A stretch of DNA of 64,000 bases from an uncultured Gemmatimonadales bacterium (lineage in GTDB: Bacteria; Gemmatimonadota; Gemmatimonadetes; Longimicrobiales; Gaopeijiaceae). Positions 1-9,016 of the stretch are shown one piece after another (position 1 is the stretch's first letter; every line of letters begins with the position of its first letter). The notes under the pieces are model-generated. The model was not told where the DNA came from and did not search any database. It was given only the letters and a program-made list of their open reading frames with translations. The translations under genes and the position numbers were made by a program. Location: assembly GCA_963848895.1 (NCBI GenBank), contig CAWKGE010000008.1, forward strand, positions 196,901 through 260,900, given 5' to 3'.

Positions 1-1928
1 CACGTACCAGGAGATCGGCGCGCACGGGCTGTCGCTCCAGCGCTCCCAGACCGGGGGGCGGGAACGCTCTTTCGGCGGCGCGTCGGAGGCTCGCTACGAG
101 CGTCTGTATCCGGATGACGGAGCGCCTCGCGAGGACGGCCTCTTCGACGGCCTGGACACCTCGCTTCCCGGGATCTTCGCCCTTCTGGGCGAGGAGCCTC
201 CGGCCGGGGCCGTGGAACGTCTTCGCGCCGCCGACGCGGAGATCCAGGCGGCCGTCGCCTCGTTCCGCATGGACGGCCGTGGCGGGGTGGCGACCCACCT
301 CGCCGCCGCGCTGGGCGCGCTGCGGGAGGCGGAGCGCGCCACCCCGTCCAGCTCCCAGGCGGCCTTCCACCTCGCCGTGAAGGAACGCCAGCTCGTGGCG
401 GCGCTGGGCGCCGCGCTGGGCGTGGGCGTCCGGGCCGTGGCGACTCCCGCAGGCACCGCGGCGGACACCCCGATGGGGCCGGTCGTCCCCGGGCAGGAGG
501 TGGACGTCCACGTACGCGTAACGAACGGTGGCTCCGGCGAGGTCCGCCTGGTCGGCGCCAACCTCGCTTCGACCTCCGGGTGGCGGGGCGAGGGCGGCGT
601 GGACACCGGGCCGTTGGCCGCCGGCGCCTCGGCGGAAGGGACGTTCCGGGTCCGTATCCCCGTGGACGCGGCGCCCTCCGGGCCCTGGTTCTTCCGGCGG
701 AGCATCTCCGAGAACGCCTACCAGGTGCGGGACTCGGCCGACCTGCTCCTGGCCGAATCGCGCCCGCGCCTGGTGGCGGCCGTCACCCTGGCGGTGGACG
801 GAGTCCCGGTCACGCTGACGCGAGAGGTGCGCACCCTGGAGGTCGACGCGCCCTGGGGCACGGAGCGGCGGGAGCTGGTGGTCGCGCCGCGGCTGTCGGT
901 ACGCATGGAGCCCGACGTACACGTCCTGCGGACCGGAGACGGAGCACCGTTCGACGTGCGCGTCGAGGTGACGTCGGCCGACCCGGCACCGCTGGATGCG
1001 TCGTGCTCCCTCGATGTCCCCGGGGGGTGGGCCGCGGCGCCCACCGAGGCCCCCCTTCGCTTCGAGGGTCCCGGACAGTCCAGGTCCGCGACCTTCTCCG
1101 TGCGGCCGGCGGGCGGCGGGACCACGGACGCGGGAGAGGCGGAACCATGGACGATCTCGGCCGCAGCGCGCGTGACGACCGGAGCCGATCCCACGGCCTA
1201 CCGCGAAGGCTACGAGACCATCCGGCACCGCGACCTGGAGACCCGATACCTGTACCGCCCCGCGCGGCTGACCGTCGTGCCCGTCGACGTGGCCGTCGCC
1301 TCCGACCTCTCCGTCGGCTACGTGATGGGCGTGGGCGACGCCGTGCCGGCGGCCATCGAGGAGCTGGGCGCCAGGGTGACGCTCCTGGGCGCGGCAGCGC
1401 TCGCCGCGGGTGACCTGTCCGAGTACGACGCCATCGTGGTCGGCACCCGCGCCTACGCGGTGCGCCCGGACCTGGTGGCGGCGACGCCGCGCCTCCTGGC
1501 ATGGGCGCGGGGGGGCGGCAACCTGGTCGTGCTCTACCAGACTCCCGAGTTCACGCCGGAGACGGAAGCACCGCTGCCCGCCACCCTTCCGGGCGACGCC
1601 GAGGAGACGTCCGAGGAGGACGCGCCGGTGGCGTTGCTGGCGCCCGAGCCATCCCCTGCTCACGACCCCGAACCGCATCGGGGCGGCAGACTTCGGCGGG
1701 TGGATCGAGCAGCGCGGGTCGAAGTTCTTCGCCACCTGGGACGACGGCTACACGGCGCTCGTCGAGACGCACGATACCGGCCAGGTGCCGCAGCGGGGCG
1801 TGTGGCTCTCGGCCGGGGTCGGCTCCGGCCACTGGACGTACGTGGCCCTGGCGCTCCACCGGCAGCTCCCCTACGGCGTTGCCGGGGCCTATCGGATCCT
1901 GGCCAACCTGATCTCGCTGGGACGCTGA
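1..1928 (+). CDS. 5'-partial gene encoding NEW3-like beta-sandwich repeats plus a C-terminal ThuA/class-I glutamine-amidotransferase-like domain. It is the C-terminal part of a large LmbE/PIG-L-associated family protein. There is an apparent frameshift near 1640; the true stop is at 1928.
   Basis: Frame 2 is open from nt 2 with protein-like composition (VHVRVTNGGSGEVRLVG, DLSEYDAIVVGTRAYAVRP, NLVVLYQTPEF). The conserved C-terminus (NRIGAADFGGWIEQ...ANLISLGR*) is in frame 0 from about 1650. The 212..2332 ORF runs past the real stop only because stop codons are rare in this GC-rich DNA. Confidence 0.55.
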
Positions 1929-1932
1929 GCCG

Positions 1933-3751
1933 GTGCAGCTCGTCGCGGCCGATTGGATGGTGGTCGCCGTGTACGGCGTCGTCACGCTCACCCTCGGCTT
2001 CTGGTTCAGCAGGCGCGCGGGACGCAGCCTCGAGGAGTACTTCGTGGCCGGCCGCGCGTTGCCGTGGTGGATCGCCGGAACGTCGATCGCGGCGACGTGG
2101 TTCGCCACCGACGCACCGCTCGCCACCGCCTCGCTCGTGCGCCAGCGCGGCATCTTCGCGAACTGGCTGTGGTGGTACGAGGCAGCCGGGATCATGCTTC
2201 TCGTCTTCTTCTACGCGAAGCTCTGGAGGCGCGCGGCGATCCTCACCGACGCCGAGTTCATCGAGCTGCGCTACGCCGGCCGGCCCGCCTCGGCGCTGCG
2301 CGGCTTCAGCGCGCTGTACCAGGGGCTGCTGAAGAACTGCGTGGTGATGGGGTGGGTCATGCTCGCCATGGTGAAGTTCAGCTCGGTGATGCTGGGCTGG
2401 AATCCGGAAGCGACGCTCGCGGTGTGCGTCGCGCTCGCGCTCCTGTACACGGTGGCGTCGGGCCTGTGGGGTGTCGTCGTCACAGACCTCCTGCAGTTCG
2501 TCGCCGGGATGACCGGATCGCTCGTGCTCGCCTGGGTGGTGCTCGCCCGCGTCGGCGGCCCACGCGCGATGGCCGCCGGAATCCGTGCGCTCCCGGACGC
2601 GCCGGTGGGCACGCTGGACATCCTCCCGAACCCCGCGCACCTGAGCCCACTCGAGTTCGCGTCGCTCCTCTGCCTGATCCTCCTGCTGTGGACCCGCAGC
2701 GGACAGGGCGACGGCTACCTGGCGCAGCGCCTCTTCGCGGCGCGGGACGAGCGTCAGTCCGTCCTGTCGGCGCTCTGGTTCGCCCTCGCCGGGACCGTGC
2801 TCATGACCTGGCCGTGGGTGGTGGTGGGGCTGGGCTCGCTCCTCATCCTCCCGGTGGCTTCGGCCACGCCCGCCCTCGCCGCCGATCCAGAGCTCGCCTA
2901 CCCGATGATGATCGCGCAGCTCATGCCCGCCGGACTGCGCGGCCTCATGGTCGCCAGCTTCCTGGCGGCGTTCATGAGCACGATGGACACGCACCTCTGC
3001 TGGGGCGCCTCCTATCTGGTCAACGACGTCTACAAGCGCTTCCTCAGGCGGGACGCCGAGGAGCGGCACTACGTGCTCGCGTCGCGGGGCGCGGTCCTGA
3101 TCCTGGTGGTGCTGGCGGCGCTCACCGCCTGGCAGATGGACACGATCGAGCGGGCGTGGATCTACGTGATCGAGCTCACCGTCGGGCGTGGCGCTCGTGT
3201 GGCTCCTGCGCTGGTACTGGTGGCGTGTCAACGCGTGGGCAGAGATCGCGGCGATGGCCGGCTCCGTGCTGCTCGCCAACGGTCGGGTGCTGCTCGGTTG
3301 GGCCGGGTCGGCCGGCGTGCTCGGCCCCGACACCGTCGCCGCGGTCGGGGCCTTCTACGGGTCGGACTACGACTTCCTGCGGGCGCTCTTCATCCTGGTG
3401 GTGTGCAGCGTCCTCTGGGTCGCGGTCGCCCTCCTCACGCGCCCCACCGACGCGGCGCACCTGGACCGCTTCTACCGGAAGGTGCGGCCCGGCGGGTGGT
3501 GGGGCCCCGTGGCCGCACGGTGCGGCCGGGTCGACACCGGCCTGCCGCCGGCCCACGTGCGCTGGACGGGGTGGGCCGCGGGCATGGTCTTCCTGTACGC
3601 CTGGCTGGTCGGCGTCGGCCACGTGCTCACGGGCAGGTCCGCCTCGGGGGTGACCCTGCTGATCCTGGGGGCAGCCAGCGGCTATGTGACCCTCAGGCTC
3701 ACGGAACGGGGCACCCCCGAAGCGGTTACGCCTCCGCCATCGCCCTCCTGA
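1933..3751 (+). CDS. Sodium:solute symporter (SSS) family transporter. There is a +1 frameshift at about 3186 (extra G in a GGG run).
   Basis: N-terminal 415 aa is typical SSS (AGRALPWWIAGTSIAATWF...). After ...VIELTVG the conserved continuation VALVWLLRWYWWRVNAW is in the next frame. Removing one G restores a single ~605-aa ORF ending at 3751. Confidence 0.75.
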
Positions 3752-5801
3752 TCCGCGCGGGCGTCATCGGAAGCTCGTACACGCGAACGCCGAGGGCGTC
3801 GTGGATGGCGTTGGCCAGCACCGCCCCCACGAGGATGATCGCAGGCTCGCCCCCGCCCTGGGGACCGATGTCCGGGTTGTCCACCAGCACGACCTCGATC
3901 TCCGGGACCCAGGAGAACTGCGGGATCCGGTAGGAGTCGAAGTTCTGGTCGTGGATCTCGCCGCGGGCGAAGTGGACCTCTTCGCTGAGCGCGTAGCCGA
4001 GGCCCATCGTGAGGCAGCCCTCGACCTGGAGCGTCGCGCCCTGCGGGTTGATCACCTCGCCCATGTCCTGGGCGCACACGATGCGCGCCACCTGCACCGT
4101 GCCGCGCTCCCGGTCCACGTCCACCTCGGCGGTGGCTGCGACGTAGGTTCCCGCGTCGATCCCGCACGCGAGCCCGAAGCCCCGTCCCGACGGCGCGGGG
4201 CGCATCTCGAGCCCGCACCGGTCCGCCGCGGCACGCAGCACGTTGCGCATCCTCCGGTCCTGCAGGTTCGCCAGACGGAAGTCCAACGGGTTCATACCCG
4301 CCGCCGAGGCCATCACGTCCACGTGCGACTCGATGGCGAAGTGGTTCACGTTCGCGCCCGGGGCCCGCCACGCGCCGGTGGCCAGGGGGTGGACGTCACC
4401 GCCCTCGAACGTCACGCGATGGTCACCCACGTCGTAGACCGGGCGCGAGCCGCGGCTGGTCCCGTGCTTGTTCGCATAGTCCCAGAACGCCAGCCGACCG
4501 TCGGCACCCAGCCCGGCCGCGACGTGCACGATCGCCGCCTGGCGGAAGTTGTCGTAGAAGAACTCCTCCCGGCGGCTCCACGCCACGCACACCGGTGCGC
4601 CCGCGAGCCGGGATAACCGTGCGGCTTCCAGCGCCTGGGCGTTGTAGTTCTTCCCACCGAACGCGCCGCCCACGAATGGGGTCACGACCCGGACCCGCTC
4701 CTCCGGCCATTTCAAGACCTCCGCGATCTGCGCACGCAGCGGGAACGGGTTCTGCGTGGACGCCCATACCGTGGCGCCGTCCTCCTTCACGCTGGCGATG
4801 GCGGCATGCGGCTCGATCGGCGCGTGGGAGACGTAGCGCGCACGGTACGTGCGCTCCTCGACGTGCGTGGCCTCCGCACGGCCCGCCTCGATGCGGCCGG
4901 CTTCGGTCACCACCTGCGGACGAGACCGGCTGGTCTCCAGATGCGTGAACAGCGTGTCGTCGTCGACGCCCTGGGTGGGCGTGTCCCATCGCACGCGCAC
5001 ACGCTCCAGCGCCGACTCCGCGACGTCGGGGTGCTCGTGCAGGACCGCGATCAGGTCGCCCTCGCGTACGACGCGGGCGCCCTCCACGTCCCCGACGCCC
5101 GAGCTGTCCACGTCGAGCAGGCGCGACCCGTGCGCCGGAGGACGCAGCAGCTTGGCGTGCAGCAGTCCCGGAAGGCGCAGGTCGGCCGCGTAGCGCGCCC
5201 TTCCCGTGACCTTGAGCGCGGCGTCGAGGCGAGGCGCGGGCTTGCCGCATATCACATGTTCCGCCAGCGGCTTGGGGGACACGTCGCCCCGCGCGGTTCG
5301 TTCGATGCGCCGTCCACGGGCCAGCTCGGCGTACGTCACCGAGTGGTCCGGACTGGCCGCCTCGTACACCCTGCCGTCACGGGTCGCCAGGCCCTCGACC
5401 GGGACCCCGAGTCGCTCGCTCCCGAGCTCCAGCAACACCTGGCGGGCGGTGGCCGCCGCGTTCCGGAGCGCCGGACCGAAGAAGCGCATCGTGCGCGATC
5501 CGCTCGTGCCCGAATCCCACGGACAGAGCTCCGTGTCGCCCATGACCGGCTCGATGGACGTGAGCGGTACGTCCAGCTCTTCGGCGAGGACCTGGGGCAG
5601 CGACGTGTACACGCCCTGCCCCATCTCGATCTTGCCGGTGAAGAGCGTGACGCGACCGTCCTCGCCGATTCGCAGGTAGACGTTGAAGTCGGTGGGGTAT
5701 TCCTGCGCGCCGAGCTCGCGCACCAGCGTCGACAGGTCGACGGCGCACAGGACGATGATCCCACCGCCGCCGATCTTCAGGAACTCACGCCGCGTGGTCA
5801 T
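3726..5801 (-). CDS. Xanthine dehydrogenase/aldehyde oxidase family molybdopterin-binding large subunit (IorB / isoquinoline 1-oxidoreductase beta-like) with a Tat signal.
   Basis: 692 aa from the ATG at 5801 (MTTRREFLKIGGGG... twin-arginine motif). A GGAGG RBS lies upstream. It overlaps the small-subunit stop by 4 nt (ATGA). Conserved motifs are present throughout (GxGxxT...QNPFP...GGAFGGK...) and the ORF has no frameshift. Confidence 0.85.
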   Translation of the reverse strand: MTTRREFLKIGGGGIIVLCAVDLSTLVRELGAQEYPTDFNVYLRIGEDGRVTLFTGKIEMGQGVYTSLPQVLAEELDVPLTSIEPVMGDTELCPWDSGTSGSRTMRFFGPALRNAAATARQVLLELGSERLGVPVEGLATRDGRVYEAASPDHSVTYAELARGRRIERTARGDVSPKPLAEHVICGKPAPRLDAALKVTGRARYAADLRLPGLLHAKLLRPPAHGSRLLDVDSSGVGDVEGARVVREGDLIAVLHEHPDVAESALERVRVRWDTPTQGVDDDTLFTHLETSRSRPQVVTEAGRIEAGRAEATHVEERTYRARYVSHAPIEPHAAIASVKEDGATVWASTQNPFPLRAQIAEVLKWPEERVRVVTPFVGGAFGGKNYNAQALEAARLSRLAGAPVCVAWSRREEFFYDNFRQAAIVHVAAGLGADGRLAFWDYANKHGTSRGSRPVYDVGDHRVTFEGGDVHPLATGAWRAPGANVNHFAIESHVDVMASAAGMNPLDFRLANLQDRRMRNVLRAAADRCGLEMRPAPSGRGFGLACGIDAGTYVAATAEVDVDRERGTVQVARIVCAQDMGEVINPQGATLQVEGCLTMGLGYALSEEVHFARGEIHDQNFDSYRIPQFSWVPEIEVVLVDNPDIGPQGGGEPAIILVGAVLANAIHDALGVRVYELPMTPARIRRAMAEA

Positions 5802-6277
5802 CGCACCGCCTCCTGCATCGCGCGCGATGCGTCCTGGACCGCACGCAGCACCCGAACGTGCGCCCCACAGCGGCACAGATGACCCTCCAGCGCTTCGCGG
5901 ACCTCGCCCTCGCTGGGGGTCGGATTCCGGCTGAGCAGCGCCACCGAGCCGAGGATCATCCCCGGCGTGCAGAAGCCGCACTGCATGGCATCGTTGTCGG
6001 CGAACGCGCGCTGGACGGGATGGAGGTCGTCTCCGTGCGCCAGCCCCTCGACGGTGACGACCTCGCGGCCTTCGACGGAGGAGACGGGAACGGAGCAGGA
6101 AAAGACGGGGCGGCTGTCGACCAGGACCGTACAGGCTCCGCACTGCTGCTCACCACAACCGTATTTGGTGCCGGTGAGGGCGAGGTCGCTCCGCAGCACC
6201 CAAAGGAGTCTTCGACGCGGATCCACGTCGAGCGAGGTGGGATCCCCGTTGAGGACGAAGCTCACGACGCGCTTCAT
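5798..6277 (-). CDS. (2Fe-2S)-binding small subunit of the molybdoenzyme (IorA-like).
   Basis: Cys clusters CGEQQCGACTV and QCGFCTPG are present. The ATG at 6277 is preceded by a GGAGGA RBS. An alternative in-frame ATG at 6298 would add 7 aa. Confidence 0.85.
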   Translation of the reverse strand: MKRVVSFVLNGDPTSLDVDPRRRLLWVLRSDLALTGTKYGCGEQQCGACTVLVDSRPVFSCSVPVSSVEGREVVTVEGLAHGDDLHPVQRAFADNDAMQCGFCTPGMILGSVALLSRNPTPSEGEVREALEGHLCRCGAHVRVLRAVQDASRAMQEAVR

Positions 6278-6419
6278 GGAGTCCTCCACGCGGCTCATCT
6301 ACCCGCCGTCTGGACGATAGAACCTGCCGGCGCCGAGGGAAAGTGCCCGGGCCCGGCCGGCCTCCCGCTCGGAAGCATACCCCCTTACGCCGCGGCGCCG
6401 GGGGCGGCAAACTGTGGCC

Positions 6420-7799
6420 ATGAGCCTCAAGATCGTGCTGGTCGGTGCGGGCAGCCGGGAGTTCGGCCCGGCCACGCTGCGCGACATCTATCTGAGCGAC
6501 GCCCTGGCGGAGGCCGGAGCGGACATCGTGCTCATGGACACGCTGGGCGAGGGCCTCGAGCGCAACCGGACGTACGCGCATTTCCTCGGCGAGCAGCTGG
6601 GGCGCCGACACCTCGTGGACACGACCACGGAGCTCGACCGGGCGCTCGACGGCGCCGACTACGTGGTGATGGCGATCGAGGTCGACCGCTACTACTACTG
6701 GGCCCAGGACTTCCACGTGCCGCGCATGTACGGGTTTCGCCAGATCTACGGCGAGAACGGAGGCCCCGGTGGGCTCTTCCACGCGCTGCGCAACATGGCC
6801 CCCTCGGTCGACATCGCGCGTGCCGTGGAGCGGTCCTGCCCCGACGCGTGGCTCCTCAACTACACGAACCCGCTCACCCGTCTGTGCGAGGCGCAGGTGC
6901 GGCTCACCTCCGCCAAGGTCGTCGGTCTCTGCCACGGCTTCGTGCACGGGCGTGAGCAGGTGTGCCGACTGCTCGGCCACCCCGAGGAGGACCTGGAGGC
7001 CTACGCGTGCGGGCTCAACCACATCACGTGGTTCCAGGAGATCCGCAGCCGAGCGACCGGCGAGGATCTCTACCCCAGATTGCGCGCCCGGGAGCGCGAG
7101 GCGCACTGGCTGAGCGACTGGGACGACATCGCCCTGCAGCGCACGCTCCTGCGCACCTTCGGTCTCTACCCGTCCCCCGGGGCGAACCACACGGGCGAGT
7201 ACATCCGCTGGGCGGAGGAATTCCTGGCGAGCGACAAGCTCCAGTTCTACTACGACCCGCGGGAGGGCCATCCGTGGGAGGGCGGGAAGGTCCCGACGTG
7301 GATCTACAACCTCCAGGACGCGCCCACCGAGACGAAGCTGTTCCACGACGAGCATCCGGGGCGCATCCGTCCGTCGCGCGAAGCCCGCGAGGGACAGACG
7401 GAGGAGCGCATCAACCCCTCCGGTGAGTTGGCGATCCCGATCATCGAGGGCCTGACGCTGGGCATCCGGCACGACCTGGCGGCCGTGAACGTGCCCAACG
7501 AGGGATGGATCCCGAACCTGCCGGACGGCGCCGTCGTGGAGGTGCCGGCCACCGTGGATGGCGAAGGGATGCATCCCCGGCGGATGGCGCCGCTCCCGGA
7601 GGCGGTGGCCGCGATCCTGCATACGCAGGTGAGCATATCCGCCCTGCTCGTGGAAGCGTTCGTCGAGCGCTCGAAGGACAAGCTGCTGCAGGCCGTCCTG
7701 CTCGACCCGACGTGCCACTCGCACCGACAGGCCATCGAGCTGGTGGACCGGATGTGCGAAATGCAGGCGGAGCTCCTGCCGGAGATGGCCTGGCGCTGA
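6420..7799 (+). CDS. Glycoside hydrolase family 4 enzyme (NAD+/Mn2+-dependent alpha-glucosidase/6-phospho-glucosidase-like).
   Basis: MSLKIVLVGAGSREF Rossmann N-terminus, ...NYTNP..., ...GLCHG...; 460 aa, typical GH4 length. A GTG at 6414 is an alternative start. Confidence 0.8.
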   Translation: MSLKIVLVGAGSREFGPATLRDIYLSDALAEAGADIVLMDTLGEGLERNRTYAHFLGEQLGRRHLVDTTTELDRALDGADYVVMAIEVDRYYYWAQDFHVPRMYGFRQIYGENGGPGGLFHALRNMAPSVDIARAVERSCPDAWLLNYTNPLTRLCEAQVRLTSAKVVGLCHGFVHGREQVCRLLGHPEEDLEAYACGLNHITWFQEIRSRATGEDLYPRLRAREREAHWLSDWDDIALQRTLLRTFGLYPSPGANHTGEYIRWAEEFLASDKLQFYYDPREGHPWEGGKVPTWIYNLQDAPTETKLFHDEHPGRIRPSREAREGQTEERINPSGELAIPIIEGLTLGIRHDLAAVNVPNEGWIPNLPDGAVVEVPATVDGEGMHPRRMAPLPEAVAAILHTQVSISALLVEAFVERSKDKLLQAVLLDPTCHSHRQAIELVDRMCEMQAELLPEMAWR

Positions 7800-7845
7800 G
7801 GTGGTGCCACGGCTGCCGGCGAGCCGATCGAACGAGGAGGGAAGC

Positions 7846-8361
7846 ATGGCGAAGACGGAGTATGGAGATCTGTTGGAGGAGGCGCTCGAGGGGTGGGCGG
7901 GCGTGCGCCAGGGCGTGATCGCGGAGGTCGAGAACCTCCCAGCGGATCGCTTCGACGAGCGCCCGGCCGAGGGGTTCCGTACCGTGCGCGAGCTCGTGGA
8001 CCATATCCTGGAGTCCGGGCTGCTCATGAAGGAGCTGCTGCGAGAGGATGGAGACTTCCGGCGCTCCCCCTACCCCGACCTGATCGCAGAGCACGCCGGC
8101 GATCTCCCGCGGGGACGGTCGAAAAAGGAGCAACTCGCGCTCCTGCGCGACACGCACCGGGAGCTGGACGCGGCGTTCCGTGAGGCGGGAGAGCTGCACA
8201 TGCTGCAGCACATCCATCGCTTCGACGGGCTGCCGGGCACCCGCCTGGCCTGGTTCGAGCACGGCGTGGCACACGAGTACTACCACTGCGGTCAGCTCGC
8301 GCTGACCGCGCGCGTCATGGGCGTGGTTCCGGCGTTGACGAAGCGGATCTACGGCGGATGA
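7846..8361 (+). CDS. DinB/YfiT-like (DinB_2) family protein.
   Basis: 171 aa with an AGGAGGG RBS before the ATG at 7846. It has the His-rich 4-helix-bundle pattern (ELVDHILE ... HEYYHCGQL). Confidence 0.75.
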   Translation: MAKTEYGDLLEEALEGWAGVRQGVIAEVENLPADRFDERPAEGFRTVRELVDHILESGLLMKELLREDGDFRRSPYPDLIAEHAGDLPRGRSKKEQLALLRDTHRELDAAFREAGELHMLQHIHRFDGLPGTRLAWFEHGVAHEYYHCGQLALTARVMGVVPALTKRIYGG

Positions 8362-8362
8362 C

Positions 8363-9013
8363 ATGAACATCCGGGAGATCCTCCGCGTCGCGACTGCGGT
8401 CACCCCCCTGGCGCCCGGCTCCCTCGCCGCCGTCGAGGAGGCCGCGCACTGGGGCACGACCGTGGCCGCACACGCCCACGGCACCGAGGGGATCAAGGCG
8501 GCGCTCCGGGCGGGCGTGCACACCATCGACCACGGGAGCATGCTCGACGACGAGGCGATCGCCATGCTGAGGGAGCGCCGGGCTTTCTACGTGCCGACGC
8601 CCTTCACCTCGGAGTGGACGCTCGCGCACGAGGATTCCACGAGCACACCGGCCTCGGAGCTGGAGCGGTCGCGCGAGATCGCGGAAGTGAAGTACGCGTC
8701 CTTCAGGAAGGCGCTCGCCGCCGGGCTCGACATCCCCTTCGGCACCGACGCCGCAGTGATCCCCCACGGGATGAACGCACACGAGCTCGCCGTCCGCGTG
8801 CGGCTGGGCCAGCCGCCCATGGACGCGATCGTCGCCGCGACCGGGCTGGCCGCGGAGGTGATCGGCTGGCAGGACCGCGTCGGTTCCGTCGCCCCCGGCC
8901 GCTTCGCCGACCTGGTGGCCGTGGCGGGCGACCCGCTGGGGGACATCACCGAGCTGGAGCGCGTCCGCTGGGTGATGAAGGGAGGGGTGGTGGTGAAGGA
9001 CGAGGCCCGGTAG
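8363..9013 (+). pseudogene. C-terminal ~216-aa fragment of an amidohydrolase-superfamily (metal-dependent hydrolase) gene. The N-terminal half is absent.
   Basis: It contains the AHAHGTEGIKAALRAGVHTIDHG and later metal-ligand regions of a ~420-aa amidohydrolase. The ORF begins 2 nt after the dinB stop. No N-terminal half is found in any frame upstream. Confidence 0.55.
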
Positions 9014-9016
9014 GCC

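Noticed and set aside
212-2332. A 706-aa ORF extending into the SSS transporter gene.
   Set aside because: The conserved protein ends at 1928 after a frame change near 1640. The remaining 400 nt are a read-through of the wrong frame over the next gene.
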